In this document: piece by piece, positions 14,159-27,700 of the stretch | Layout: each line of letters opens with the position of its first letter | Numbering within the stretch: position 1 is the first letter of the stretch | Assembly: GCA_002633005.1 (NCBI GenBank) | Contig: NMRA01000197.1 | Span: 577,622 to 641,621, forward strand | Direction: 5' to 3' | Length of the DNA stretch: 64,000 nucleotides | Source: Phoronis australis | Taxonomy: Eukaryota > Animalia > Phoronida | Position numbers and translations under genes: made by a program | The notes under the pieces: generated by a model | What the model was told of the DNA's origin: nothing | Seen by the model: only the letters and a program-made list of their open reading frames with translations | The model's database searches: none

Positions 14159-14936
14159 AGGCGAAGTCAACTTTTTTCATGTCATTTTTAGCACAAGGAA
14201 GGTTCGTTGGTTATCCCAGACATATTTTCCACTTAATTGCAGCTTTCCGTAATTTAATTAATTATTTGTTCTTTACTTCGGAAATCCGTTTTGGGAGGCA
14301 AGAATATCGCGCCAATTTCTTTTCATATAGTCTGACTGTGAGAGCTGTCGAGTCAGTCATTGAGCTACTTCCGTTGTGATAAGTTCGTTGGTCGTTTGCT
14401 TTTGTTTACGAGTCAGTCAACATGCTACACTGTTGCTGCGTACCGGGATGTACTCATTATGGCCCAAAGCCTGTAAGCAGCCCTGCTGTGATGTTGAGTA
14501 GTGGGAGTGAATGCAGGCCCAGTGAAGAGTACAGTTTGTCGTTCAGTGAACAGATAGGTAAGCCAAACTTCGATAAGTTTATTGCGGACTTGTCTAAGGT
14601 AAGTGGGACAGTTGTTCCACTGCCCGTGAGACGATAATGAGAACATCCCGGTACGCAGCAACAGTTTGGCATGTTGACTGACTCCTAAACAAAAGCAAAC
14701 GACGACCGAACTTATCACAACCGAGATATAACAATGACTGTCTTGGCAGCTCTCATAGTCAGACTATATGAAAAGAAATTGGCGCGAAATTCTTGCCTCC
14801 CAAAACGTCACTTCCGGAGTAGAGAACGATTAACTAATTAAATTACGAAAAACTGTAATTAAGTGGAAAATATGTCTGGGATAACCAACGAACCTTATTT
14901 TTGCTAAAAAGGCATGGAAAAAGGTTGCCTTCGCCT
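14159..14936. mobile_element. Palindromic Kolobok-like element with a THAP N-terminus in both arms
   Basis: TTAA|AGGCGAAG...CTTCGCCT|TTAA; ~300-bp inverted arms around a ~170-bp spacer; MLHCCCVPGC (14422, +) and MPNCCCVPGC (14672, -). Confidence 0.85.
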
Positions 14937-15611
14937 TTAAGCCAAATCATTGAGCCTGAAATAGAGTACTAAATTACTACATGCCATTTTTTTAAACAGG
15001 AGTGGTCATGCTTTTGCCCCTAAAGCAGACTCCACCTTCTTTGGCATATTGAACGTCTATGCATTTTTTAAAGAAACGTCACGGCGTGATTGTTAATTGC
15101 TGTCATGAGTACCAGAGTTTATCTGAATCATGCCAGGGTATAATTCACATGACGAGAACACTGTTTGTCTGACGTATCGTCTACAAGCGTTCCCAAAGAT
15201 TTTGCGAACATTGTGTTGTCGACAAACATGTGGTTAACGACTCCGCTTGTGACAAATATTAATGTTGATTGGTTTTTCGCAATATCGCATGAGAAAAAAT
15301 TTTAAAAAAATTCAGATAACCTTGGGTGGATGCCGGGAACTGTCTGGCCTCTGATATCTTTTTAGCTCTTGTTTTAGAACGACTTTTGACAGCCTATCAA
15401 ACAACATGCCAAGAGTTTTTCAACAAGGCTCTTTGGGGTGTTAAAATCATGTTACATTATTTTAAGGAAATAAGTGAAATTGGTTTCTGAGTATTTGTTC
15501 TACAACTATTAATGACAAGTTTAGGCCCTACTAAAAGATGTGTTGTATCTTCCCAAAACTAAGCTAAGTGCGTTTGTGTTTGTGTGTGTTTGTGTGTGTG
15601 TGTGTGTATCT

Positions 15612-16050
15612 AGGAGGGATCAGAAATTGGTCGGGCTTCAAGACCATCTGGCTGGACTGCAAAACCCAAAGGCCGGTGTTCCAACTTGGTGGTCGGACCT
15701 GAAAACGCAATTTAGAGCGATCCAGGAGGGCCATGACTCCCCTTAAAACACTCCCAGATTCCATTTGGCAGATCAGGATGCGAATGTCTGACGGGCAAAA
15801 TCACGGCTAACACTCTGCCCTGCCCCCCTAACTAAAATCCTGGATGTGTCCCTGCCTTAAAACCAGATGGCCGCACTAAAATTGGTTGGCTATACCTAAA
15901 ACTGGCTGGCCGGTGCTCAAATCGGCCATCGTGTTTTGAAGTCCGGCCAACACGTTTGACCACCGGCTGTTTGGTTTTGCTGTCCAGCCGATTGGTTTTG
16001 AAGTCGGGGCAACTGGTTCTGAAGTCAGACCAATTGTTGATTCCCCCTTG
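15612..16050. mobile_element. Foldback MITE with subterminal repeats
   Basis: GGGATCAGAAATTGGTC..CTTCAAGACC..CAAAACCCAAAGGCCGGTG mirrored by reverse-complement sequence at 15935-16048. Confidence 0.55.
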
Positions 16051-16249
16051 TATATGCATGCATATATCATTAATGTTTTCAATTGTTTCTACAACAATTC
16101 GTTTGTGCGACATTGACCTGTTGCCCAGGCTGAGATTTTTTTGTTGATTCCACTTCTGGGCAGTAATGTTATCGGAAGTATTTACCTATGCCCCTGAAAA
16201 TGGAAAGTTCACCTTGTCACAGAATCCAATCCAATAAATACTTTGTGCT

Positions 16250-19070
16250 GCTGACACGCCAACTGTCCCTCTCCTGGCGGACTGTCCCACTTTTTGATTT
16301 CCGCACCATTCCCCTCACCATCGCAATGTCCCGCTTTTCGACATACGGCAAAACCGACATAAAAAAAGAATCCACACGCGTCTCAGGTTTATGACATTAG
16401 CAAAGCCTCTTGGAAATTTTGTCAAAATCCCGAGGATTTTCTCACATCAAGTTTTGACAAAAAAGAGGAAATTTTTTACTGCCCCAAATGCACATTGCAA
16501 TCTAAACAACCATACCTCAACAGATCGAAAGTAAACATTATTATCGCAAGATGCCCTGTAACTGTGTCGTGTTGGCAAAACGCACTCATCTTAAGCAGTA
16601 CTTGACATCTACTTCAGCAAAAATAACGAAGGCAACTAGATGCAACAAAAGATATATATTTTTTTTAAATTAAAACGATAAAGATAATGATGCAAAATTT
16701 GCAGTGTGAGTGACAGAAGGTTATTCTTTATTTGCTGCAGGGAGACCTATAAAATTATTTTCAGTTCTTATAATTACGATACAAAATTATAAAAAAAATT
16801 GAAAATGAATCCAGAGGTTATCTGGAAAGCCTGAAATACATATCCATTTAATTCCAACAATAAATTTAATTCCAACGCAAATGGAAAATAGCAAAGACGA
16901 AAACCGATGTCTCGTACCCTAACAATTAGTATGGAAAAATGAAAGTCAAAAACAACATACTTTTAACTATAGAATACATCAATCACAATCCCAAGTTGCC
17001 AAACTTCTCAGCTTCAAACACAAACAAAAATTACAGGAGTTAACTGTTCATAAGCCACGCTGGTGTGGAACAAACTATGTGACATAAGAAATAGCTACAA
17101 GGACACTCAAAATAGGATAGCAGAATTTGTAAACAATGGCTTAGACCATTCAGATCATTCAGAACCTGTCACGTGACCTCTTTTCTCTTGAACTGCAAAA
17201 CTCGAGTCAGTCAAAATAAGACTTTTAACATAATAAAACATGAAAAGTGTCAAAATATATAGGAATTCATTAACGACAATTTAAAACGCATTTGCAGTAA
17301 CGAAAATAGCACTTTGTGCCCCGTTTCGGCGGCACGTAGAAAATAGAACTCAGGCCTAGCAGCCAACTTGGCAACTGTCGGCACCCGATTGCAAGTGGGA
17401 TCAAACAAAAGAATTTCATACATCACTCACATCCCACGATTCCAATCCAACGAATTACCGGTTACGGTTGAATTTCCTTTCAGAAAGCGTTTTCCTTTCC
17501 TACGACGTTGTGTGTCGTCGTTTTCAGGTGGTCCTCCGCGATTCGGCCACGCACGCCGTAATTGTCTTTCTGTCAAAGTTTACAGCACGCAAACCCTGAC
17601 TTATGTTGTTTGCTGACACATTGACCGTTTCTTTTATCCTCTTTATCGACGGAATACTCTGTCTATTCCAAGGTCCACGCATTTTTGGCTGCAGAATTGC
17701 ATTATTTGTCACCGCGATTTAATATCATATGCAGACGCCATTAATGAACCACGCTGTCCCAGGTGCCCCGGCAATTACAATTTTCGTTCCTCCGAAACAT
17801 AAAGAGCAGTTTCCGGTTTTCGAGTCGTCGGCAACGCAGCAGTTAGAAACCAATTTGCTGCGGAAATTTTATGGCAAATCCATTTTTTCAGCGGAAAAAT
17901 ATAACAAAAATGCGCGGAGGGAATAAAAGAAAAAAGCGGAAATCCGCGTTTCCTCGGAAAATTCCAGCCTTGTCACATGAACCGTAAAAACGATCTTTTT
18001 TGATGAAAAACTCGATGTGTCTCGACCTTTCAACCATATGACGCACGTTTTGTAAAAGCATGCTTGCGCAATGCAAAGTAAACCCAGTTAATTTCTGTTA
18101 ATAATTTTATTTTAAACTTGACAATTGTAAACTGCATTTAGCTTTCGTAACAAACATTAAAGTTAGAATCTAATAAATACTCTTTGAAGTTGTTATATTA
18201 AAACTGAACAAATGTTTGTTTTGTCTGATGGGCTTCCCCGCGCGTGAACTGACCTTGGGAAAGTACGCGGGCTAGTCAGTCTCACCTCGTGATGTGTTGC
18301 GTTGAGGCTTCGTTGGCATTCGTTTCTGTTTGAATGAACGTGGATATGGAATTCGCAGCCGAAGGTGGATCCGTTAAGAAGTTATTTGCATGTCTTTTGA
18401 CTGGGAGTACGTAGATGTGTATGTGTTTCAATGAGACAATGACTTGGTTAGGGTCGCAGTCGACGTCGGTTGTTAGACTTGGACATTTTTCACTTTCACC
18501 AAATTTTAAAAGAACAATCTATCCCATCCTTTTTACTGTGTACTGTGTACAACGATTAGTGTTACGACACCTGATTCGTTAACCATGACCTTGTCCCCTC
18601 GGAATTCCGGCATTGTTTGGTTGTTGGTATTAGGGTTTTGCAGACGATAAAGTGTAAGGATTATGGATTTCTACTCTGCACTTCTTTGTGATTCGCCCAT
18701 GTAATATCAAAAATTGCGTATTCGGTGTTATTAACCAATCGTGTCCTAACACACTCCAGGTCATGTGAGAATATCGTATTCTATTGTAATTTCCCACGAG
18801 ACTTAGCCATATTTTCCCTTTCTACGTACTGAAAAGAAAAAAGGACCGTTCCATGTTTTTTGAGGCACCCACAATTTATAGTTCGACTAAAAATGTAAAA
18901 AAACGCAACTGGGCACCACTGAGTGTTACGTCTCAAGTTCTACAAACACGCTGTAGGGACATTTGTGTGAGGCGTTTTGGCTTAGACCCAGGTGTCCCAC
19001 AATTTATTCGGAACGCCGATTTTCAATCCAGTTGTCCCGTTTTTTAATTATCGAATGTTGACAGTGGCAA
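16250..19070. mobile_element. Possible hAT-like non-autonomous element
   Basis: GCCAACTGTCCC at the left and GTTGACAGTGG at the right, with clustered TGTCCC/GGGACA subterminal motifs at both ends; TSD not found. Confidence 0.3.
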
Positions 19071-20563
19071 CTACGCAAAAGATGTTCTAAATGACACTTA
19101 CTCTTTGTTATAAATATCGTTATTTTCCAGAGTCTGCTTTCTTTAGTTACATACCAATCATGAAAACGTGTTCCAATGTCTCTTGTTTACGGCGACATTC
19201 ACTACACGTACCAGGTTCAGTATTTATTTCTTTTGTAGAAAGTCCAACATCGCAAACATTGTAATGAGCTATCCAACGTATATTTCAAAGCTACACAATA
19301 GATGTTTGTACATTTTTATCTGTCAGAAAACCTTTATCTGCAAATTTCAGATTGGTATTTGGAATAATTAGTTGATTGTCTTTTTGTTAATGTCACTACA
19401 TCCTGAATTTTTACCGAATAACATTTTTGTATCAAACACCATCAATACCCCGGTTAATATACAGAGATGTAAAATTTTGGACGTATACTTAACTAGATTC
19501 TTCACACCAAATCTTTGTCGGTTTAGGGTAGAAATCGTTTCAATCATAGAAGTTATTTCCGTGCTGATTAAACTAATCAACTATAAACGTAACCTCTCTG
19601 GCTCATTTCATTTTTATGTTACTATTAGGCCCTGAGATTATTTGCAAATTGGCAACACTCTTAGTTTTTAGAATTAAAGACTATTTTTTGAACCTGTCGG
19701 GTATGCAAAAGGAAAATTATTTATGAATAACGTTTTTCATATTTTGCTTCTGTAAGTATCATACACAATCAAAAACTGATAAAAAGCTTTCTAGTGATAT
19801 AACTCTTTTGAAATTCGGTTGAAAAACGGCGAAGTTTCGAAGAGTTTCATTGATAGTTAATTACAGAGCAAGAACGAACACAAACAAAATCCGCGCATGC
19901 GCGTCGCAACCTTAGCGTTGCCATTGCAGGACCAGAGTTCTATGACTCAATAGTAAAGAAAAGAATTTCAAAACGTTACGAATGGAAATTTATTTTATTT
20001 CTCTAAGGGTCGCTTTATTCTGTTCCGGTCATCCTCAGCACTGATGTAGTGGGGCGTACAAGCCGGTAGACGCAGTACATCACTTTATCATTTTCGGTGT
20101 TGCGTCCACGGCCGTTAAGTGAGGTCTACTGGGGCGTAGACGCACAGGATGACACGCTGGGCTTGGGGCCAATGCATACCTATAAAATTACCACTACAGC
20201 ACTGATCCTCAGGTCTACTCCGTTTTTATGCCCTGCAAACCCTTTTCGTGGTTTGTTTACTGTATATCGTTGGTCTGCCTTGTAAAGATCCCGAGCGCGT
20301 AATTAAACAATCTTTACTCTTACTATTAGATCTGAACCTAGATTCGTGTAACAAGGAAGGCGAATTATTGTGTTTGCATGTTCCTGCGTCATGATTGGTT
20401 GAAATCATTAGCTTGATTGACGTGTCGGAACTACCCACGTCTCTTGCTTAACGAAACGACCCCTTCGAACAGTATAAAAAACTGCCCAACGCCAAGTCCA
20501 CGTTGCTAAATCCTAGTTGCGAGCACGAGTGATCTCTGCCCACTTCTAACGGATCTGCAAGTG

Positions 20564-20636
20564 ATGAAAACGTTGTTGATGTGCTTCTTGGCCGGTGTCG
20601 CATCATTGGTGGTGTCGGGTTACCATATCAATGGAG
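20564..20636 (+). CDS. Putative first exon encoding a signal peptide
   Basis: TATAAAAA at 20473; ATG 20564; MKTLLMCFLAGVASLVVSGYHING (basic n-region, hydrophobic core, small residues at cleavage site); donor G|GTAAAT, phase 1. Confidence 0.55.
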
Positions 20637-22487
20637 GTAAATAAAGATAAACACTGTCACAGAAGGACATTTGCGGGAGATTGGCGAATTCGAGTACTAT
20701 ATGCTGATACGTAAAATCAAGCACTTCGTTGTTCATAACGTTCTGAAACGTTCGTCACCAACTATGGTGAAAATAACTTATCAATTATCATTAATAACGA
20801 ATCCGTTTTTCTGGACTCGCAGCACCCGAGTTCTGTGTTTCTGGGCACTTCAGAGATCAAACCAATTTCAAACTTTGTCAAATGCATTATATATTTCACC
20901 AACTAGGCGTTTTTTGTCTTTTCCATTAAAATTCCTGGAACAAGACAAGAATACGTTGCTATTTTGGACAATCATTTTAGAGTATTGCGCGTTTTTCTGA
21001 AGTTTACCAGTCGAAGACGTGCATGATGTGATGAGGTAGTGTTTTGCAATGAGCCAATGAACGACCGCGCTGACTTTCCATTGGTCATGATTCTGGCTAA
21101 ACCAAAACATTAGCAGCTCATTACCATTAATTCTTCTCCGAAACGAGGGTTGAACATAGTAAGGGATTGTTTTCATGCCAATTGCCAGCACCAAACGAAA
21201 TCCATGCATCAAATTAGCAGGCTAAAAACAATTTTTCAATGTAGAAGTTTATATTGTCAATGTATAATACGTGATATTGTTTTTGGCGATTTGTGTTTGT
21301 AACACAATAAGTGTTCCAACTATAAACGGAGATTCTCATTCAATCCACTTAAATTCTGATTTAAGTTCAACACAACACGGAAGATGTAAGAATTTCTACA
21401 TGCAACACTGTAGAATATCCACACCAAAACTTGTTGTAACTTGCATTTGACTGACAATGACGTTGCCCTGTATTACGAACGATTATAAGAAACGCAATCA
21501 AATAGTAATCATGTACTTGAACCCTTCCCCGCTTTTTCAATAAAGAAGTCGAGCATTGGCTTGAGAACACAATGCTGATGACACGCGGCTTCGTGCGTTT
21601 TCCGGTGAAGGCACAAAACGAATATGGTAGCTCTTTTGTAAAAAGGAAAGGAACAGTGCCCAGTGCGCTTTTTGGGAACAGAAAACGTTGTTGTCTTTAG
21701 AGCGTTATCGGAAGTCTCTGTTTTTTAACAAGAGCAATAGACGACTTTGTTGAGGAGAAATGACCAGAAATTCAGTTTCGCTAGCTTGTTCAAAATTACA
21801 AACGGGAAACCAGTTTGAAGAACGTGCTGCGTACTAACGTGTTTACAAAACTTTGATAAATGCAACGAAGTGTGATAAGTTAGAAAGATGATCGCAAGAG
21901 CTATTGCACATACTGCCAATTGAAATCTTCATCGCACCATAACTTTGATGGCCATTGCAAAACACTTGATGGTTTATGTGGATCCAAGAGCTCTGAGACC
22001 GTAAACTGTACCCATGGCAACATGGTTATGTCCCAAGTGCTACTCAGCAGCCGTTGTATGAATGTAAAGCTACCACATAACTGGTTTATCAAGCTCAAAC
22101 AAGGTTCCTGTTACCATCATCTATCAGTAAGCAATAAGAAACTAACATTCAGAGACGATGAAGGTACATTGTAAGCAGAGCAATTGCTGTGGTTATAAAA
22201 CCCTGTTCTATCCATGCAACGTAACTTTTGATTTTAAACAATTACCAGTATAAATTTGATCTCCGCCTTTTCCTTATTAAGATGAGAAATAATGTTTGGT
22301 CTTGCAAAGAACTGGCAGTTCATTATGGTTCAGACTACATCAGGTGAATGAAATGGTATGCTGTGATAAGTCAACCTATGCAGACTATCTCAAGTAGTTA
22401 CAAATTGCGAACATTTTGTCCCATCAGCACGCCATCTTTTTGGTCACATCACGTGACCTAATGAATATAAGTCCGAAAAGATTTCTA

Positions 22488-22560
22488 CCCCCGACCGGGA
22501 CTCGAGCCCAGGACCATCTGCTAATCATGCAGCCGCTCTAGCCACTGAGCCAACGGGACC
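22488..22560 (-). mobile_element. tRNA-derived SINE head / tRNA pseudogene
   Basis: A box TGGCTCAGTGG and B-box-like GGCTCGAGTCCC; anticodon arm does not form a standard tRNA. Confidence 0.65.
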
Positions 22561-22955
22561 ACTGGTCAGACACATAAATCCAATCAGACTTAGTAGTGGG
22601 CATCTTACCCTTGATCTCCGGTGTGGGTATAAATTTTCAAGCCCAAAATTCACACCTATTTTATCAAGGAACAATCCGAGACCAATTTCATACTAATAAT
22701 ACGTGGTCTAAGAGAAAAAGTTGGTTTTCGTGACAGAAGGCATGTTTATATCTACTCTAAAATCCAAAAGAGCATAAAATCTTTACAAGAGCAGACACAA
22801 ACCTTTGATGCAGATTGTGAGGATGCATGTGACAAAGAAGATAAGGATAAGGGTGGACAACAGCTCTAAATCCCTGCAATATTTCAATAGCGAAATTTGT
22901 AAGAAGACATGCAGTTAAAATTCCATTCTGAGGCCTCCATACTGAAAACTCAGTC

Positions 22956-22957
<2 letters not shown>

Positions 22958-23018
<61 letters not shown>

Positions 23019-23057
23019 TATATATATATATGAAACTGAATGGCATTGAACTTCTCC

Positions 23058-23101
<44 letters not shown>
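22958..23101. repeat. Interrupted (TA)n microsatellite
   Basis: two (TA)n tracts each followed by TGAAACT. Confidence 0.95.
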
Positions 23102-23105
<4 letters not shown>

Positions 23106-24129
23106 CTTTCGATGGGACCCTGTGGCGACGAAACATGGCCCCGAGTTTCACTTCCCGTGCAGTTTTCCAGCTGCCTCTCACACACGCGCATTTAATGTTT
23201 ACTTCAGAGGGGAAATTTCAGCCTACGCAAATACCAGAAGCAGAATGATTGGTCTCCGGACATTACCGTATTTGACGATGTTTTGGCCTCATTCTGAGAA
23301 TCTCCAGCAGGTTAATCCTTAAGATGTGTCACCCACAAGTTCATAGTTGTGCAGCTGCAAAGCCTGACCAAGAGCAAAACATCACAACTCACCCTTTCTT
23401 TGAAAGTCAGAAGCTATAAGCGTACATGGTTCTCGGTCTTTTTGTCGAGCTTCAATGGTTGCCAGCCGTTCGCGCGGAACCAAAACTTTGTACCCAGCTT
23501 TGCCCGAGGTAGCTTGGATCCCAAAACCTTTCGCTCATTACTTGAAATTACCTCCATAAGCAACTGAATCGAGCACAATGCGGAAAATTTATTAAAAACA
23601 ACGGCGTGTTGCGATAACTGTGTATACTCCTATAATAGTACCACCCACACACACAGTTATGATAGAATAAGTCACTTCAGGAACGAGTTGTTACTGTACT
23701 ATTCACCAGTTACCCGAAGTTTTCAGTATCATACGCGTCCGTAAAGGGCTCGAATAATCGAGCCGCCTTGATATTGCACTGCCCCGGTGGCGGTCACAAT
23801 TTCAATCTAAAGAACCTGGAAATCACGGAAGAGTTTACAGATTTCAAACAAGCTCAATTCCGGTAGCAGAGTGAATATGGCTTGTGCCTCTGAGCTTGTA
23901 ACACCAACAGTAAAGACTTCTTGCCTGTAGGTGTAAGTGTTCACCAGTTCTAACTATTCTTCTCACGCGCGCTGTATCCAGTTTCGTGCTGGCTGTTATC
24001 CAAACTTCCTAACAGTTTAGCAAGGGAACATGATGGAAAATGAAACAAAAGTCTACCATTTCTGCCAATACTTCTTACAAATACAAATTGTAAAACTCAA
24101 TTCGTAACTGATGCAATAATTTTTTACAG

Positions 24130-24412
24130 CAAGAGCAATAGCGGTAGTGCCATTGTCGCCGCTGCAGCGGAAAGCCTACCCATCGCCGCCGCCGCCGACA
24201 CCGTACCTTTCGCCGCCGACAATGTACCCGTCGCCGGACCCGCCGACACAAGACCCGTCGCCGCCGCCACCGACGCACCCGCCGCCGACGAAGCTACCAC
24301 AGTTCCGACCCCGTCGCCTCCACCACCAGCGCCATCTGCACCACCAGCGCCATCTGCACCACCAGCGCCGCTAGAGTTGACACCGTCGCCTCCACCTCCA
24401 CCAGCACGATAA
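24130..24412 (+). pseudogene. Proline-rich terminal exon, copy 1 (apparent frameshift near 24305)
   Basis: acceptor tttttacag| phase 1; YPSPPPPTPY...; Pro frame resumes to TAA 24410-24412; AATAAA at 24524. Confidence 0.45.
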
Positions 24413-25876
24413 CCATCATGACCATAATAATGTTTTTCTTAGGTCAGCCATTGTCTACATTGTCACCTCTGCTTTGTCAACTAAGCTGTAAGCTGCAAGA
24501 TCATGTCTAATCTACATGTAGCTAATAAAAAAGCACCAAGATTACATCTAAGGAAGTAATTAGTATTGGGTACAATCACAGACTCCCTTTTTTCGACTTT
24601 TCGGTTTTCCACTGGTGAAAACTCAGGTCACTCGAGCGTGCTGTCTTGAGCGACTGAAAAAGGCCTCCCCCAGTGTGGGGCTGGCTGAGACCAACGAAGA
24701 TCTACGAGTTGACCTGTCACGGAGTATAATGTTGTAAATGCTGATGTTTTCTGTGTGTACCTTGAGAGCCTCACACAGTGCTGGTTATAATGTGCTGGTA
24801 GCCAGTCTGAGTGCTGAAGACCAAAATACTATGGAATGGACAAACGGAAGAATTTGGACGTAGGTGTAAACGGTAATGACCTGATATAACGTGCCCGAAT
24901 TTTTAGAACCAGTTTTCTCGACTGAATAACGGCCATAAACTGGTTCTCAAAATAACGGGGACGTTTTTTCACATTATTTGTCCATTTACATTCCAAATTC
25001 ATGATAATATTAACATGAATATCATGAGCAACTCCACGATAAAATCCAAAATTCTCTCAAGGGGTCATCTTTCAGATTCAGCTTGAGCTTTGTGTATGTG
25101 ATCGTGGTGTGGCTCTGACACAAAAATCACCAACTTTGCACTTATTGACCTCTTAGTTTCTTAATTATAGTCCTTCAGAGGGACACGTTTTTGCATACCG
25201 AAAACAACAATTTTCCAATATGAAAAGAGGTAGATTGTATAAAATGAGAGAAAACACATAATGAAATTAGGAAGTGGGACATGAGGACCACCAAATGAAA
25301 GTAATACTAATAATTTCGCTTCATTCAACAAGTAACAGGGGAGATAAATTCCGAAGCACTTTTTTGCAATGTTTAAAGTGGGTGGCACTCAAGTGCTTCT
25401 ACAAGCCAATTTGCGGGGGGGATGAACATTGAAACAAACGTTTGTGCATAGATCTTGAATGTGTGAACAAATTTAAAAAATCTTTCGAATGGGCTATTTT
25501 GTTTTTTGTTCTAAAAATGCCCCAATGTTGTGTATTTTACAGTGTTTAAACGAATGTTTTGCCACGTCATTAAATTTAAAATGGTTTCAAGAAGAAATCA
25601 TGAACGACAATTAATGTTTTAGGGACCATAATGCTGTCTGACACATCAATATTATCATTTCACCTATTGAGCTATTATAACTGACCGTGGGTCAGCGGTT
25701 ACGCAGGCACAAGTGACGACATATTTGCCTGATGCCAATACATTAAACGGTTGATGTCATAAGAGACAATTTTTAGGCTGACATGAAGAATGCATGTGTT
25801 TTTTAATGACATATTCCGATTTATGGATTTTGTCAAGGTAATTTATCTTTATTTCTAAGCAATTCCCATAAAATTA

Positions 25877-26220
25877 AGGGTTCGAGAGTGTATGCAGAGG
25901 TCGAACCGAATTTTACTTTTTCACTTTGAAGACAAAAGCCTACATCATAGGAAAGGCATCGAAGTTTGAAATACAAAAATGAAAAAGTAGCAAAACCGCA
26001 TGGTGCATTCAAAAGTTATCGCTATTTATGTGTCAAATTTTGACTCACTATTTTGATCGAGCCGGCCATCTTCCCATGTCAGCGGCATAGGTTACGAGTT
26101 TTTAAAAGTGCTTAAACATTATTTTCACAAATATCCTTAATCACCAATCTGCAAAATCCAAGAGTGTACATCAAAATATTTAATTGCGCAGGTGTAATTT
26201 ATTGAGGTTTTAAAGTGCCC
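25877..26220 (+). mobile_element. 5' fragment of the 2703-5436 family
   Basis: colinear similarity to 2703-3050 (TTCGAGA..GGTCGAACCGAA..GAAGACAAAAGCCTAC..AAAGTTATCGCTATTTATGTGTCAAATTTTGA). Confidence 0.75.
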
Positions 26221-27283
26221 ACAATTCGCGTTGGCCTATAGAGCCACTATTCGGAACTGACGGGCATGTTCAACCGGTGAAGATTTAACTATAATACATT
26301 TTTAGACTCGCTACTGCAAAGACAGCAGTTTTGTACAATTTTCCAGTGCTTGTGCCATAGCTATTATGTATATTCTACTTAATTTAATGTGGATTACCCC
26401 TTCAATAGATCTTGCATCCTGCTAAATATACGGTTGAATTTGTGTGTGTGTGGGGGGGGGGGGACAAAAACGACGCTAGAGTGCAGCATGTGAATCAAAA
26501 GTCATTCTCAAGTACAATAGTAGACATAAAACAAAATATCGTAACTGAATATTATAAAATCAGATTAATATTGAAACGTCGTTCTCAAACATGTACATGC
26601 CACCGCTTTGATGGAAACGTTTTAGCCAAATTTCATGAAAGTTTACAACCGAAGTCAAGTTATAGAAACTGTCACCAGGGTGCCAGCAGTATTCGAAATA
26701 TCTAAACATTGACATTGACTGATTTGATCACCATGGAAACATATTTTCAAAAATTAATGAAGTCGCTTTATGAGGTTTATGAGATACAGTTGCAAACTGC
26801 CCGTAGTCAGACACTGCAAAATACGTGATGGTATGTCTCTTCTATCGGCAAATGCTTGAAAATAAACTGGCCCCCAGAGCACCTCAAAAATGGCTAAAAG
26901 CCAATTACTTAAAATTGGGCAAAATTTATTAAATTTTGGCACTCCAGTGAAGGTTAACTGAAACCCCTTTGAGTCTAATGATAAAGAGGTTCAATGTCTA
27001 CATAAACATCATAAAGTTTTTTTCTTTCCTGTTCTTTTAAGCCGTTTTAAAACAATTTCACTAACTGAGCCCTTTTGAACCAAAAATGGGCTAGTTTGGG
27101 CCAAAATATTCGTGTTGCTCTAACTTAAAAAACCATGGTCCAAAATTTTTTATAAACATTTTAAACATATCTCACTAGTATGTATGTACACACAATCGGT
27201 GACTCTATAGAGTCGACCTTTACATGCTCACGTGGAATCACCCCAGCCATCCCGCGATCGAGTACGCCCGGAAGGCGATCGAA

Positions 27284-27700
27284 GATTTCTTCTAAGGTCT
27301 TCAAGAACAGGGCATCGACACATGAAGTGAGGCTCATCTTCAATTTGACCCAGACTGTATGTACCGCATATTCTCTCACTTCTGGGAATACCCATATATC
27401 TCCCTTTCTCTATATTAAGTGAGTGACCTGAACATCGAAATTGCGCAAGTATTTTTAACGAATAAGCGCTTAAAATTCACATATTGCTCGCTAAAAAGAT
27501 TATGTTTAATAACACTATAAAATTCATATTTATTTGAGCTACCTATTTCCAGTTGCCATTCCTGTACGACACAATCCAGAAATCTCGGCTTGAATATCAT
27601 AATAAATTCAGCACTATTGCCTAGGCCAAATAAACGCACTTTTCCATAACCGTACCTATACAAAATTTCTTTGACACGGTGTGCCCCGCCCAGTTACAAT
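27284..27700 (-). mobile_element. LINE ORF2 C-terminal fragment, degenerate
   Basis: LYRYGYGKV..FKPRFLDCVVQEW..KYEFY and GIPRSERICGT..GQIEDEPHFMCRCPVLEDLRRNL; paralogous to 47400-47975. Confidence 0.8.

Noticed and set aside
22488-22560. Functional tRNA genes (also 31763-31833, 59807-59876)
   Set aside because: A/B boxes present but acceptor and anticodon arms do not fold canonically
22757-23248. Ile/Tyr repeat ORFs
   Set aside because: Translations of the (TA)n microsatellite
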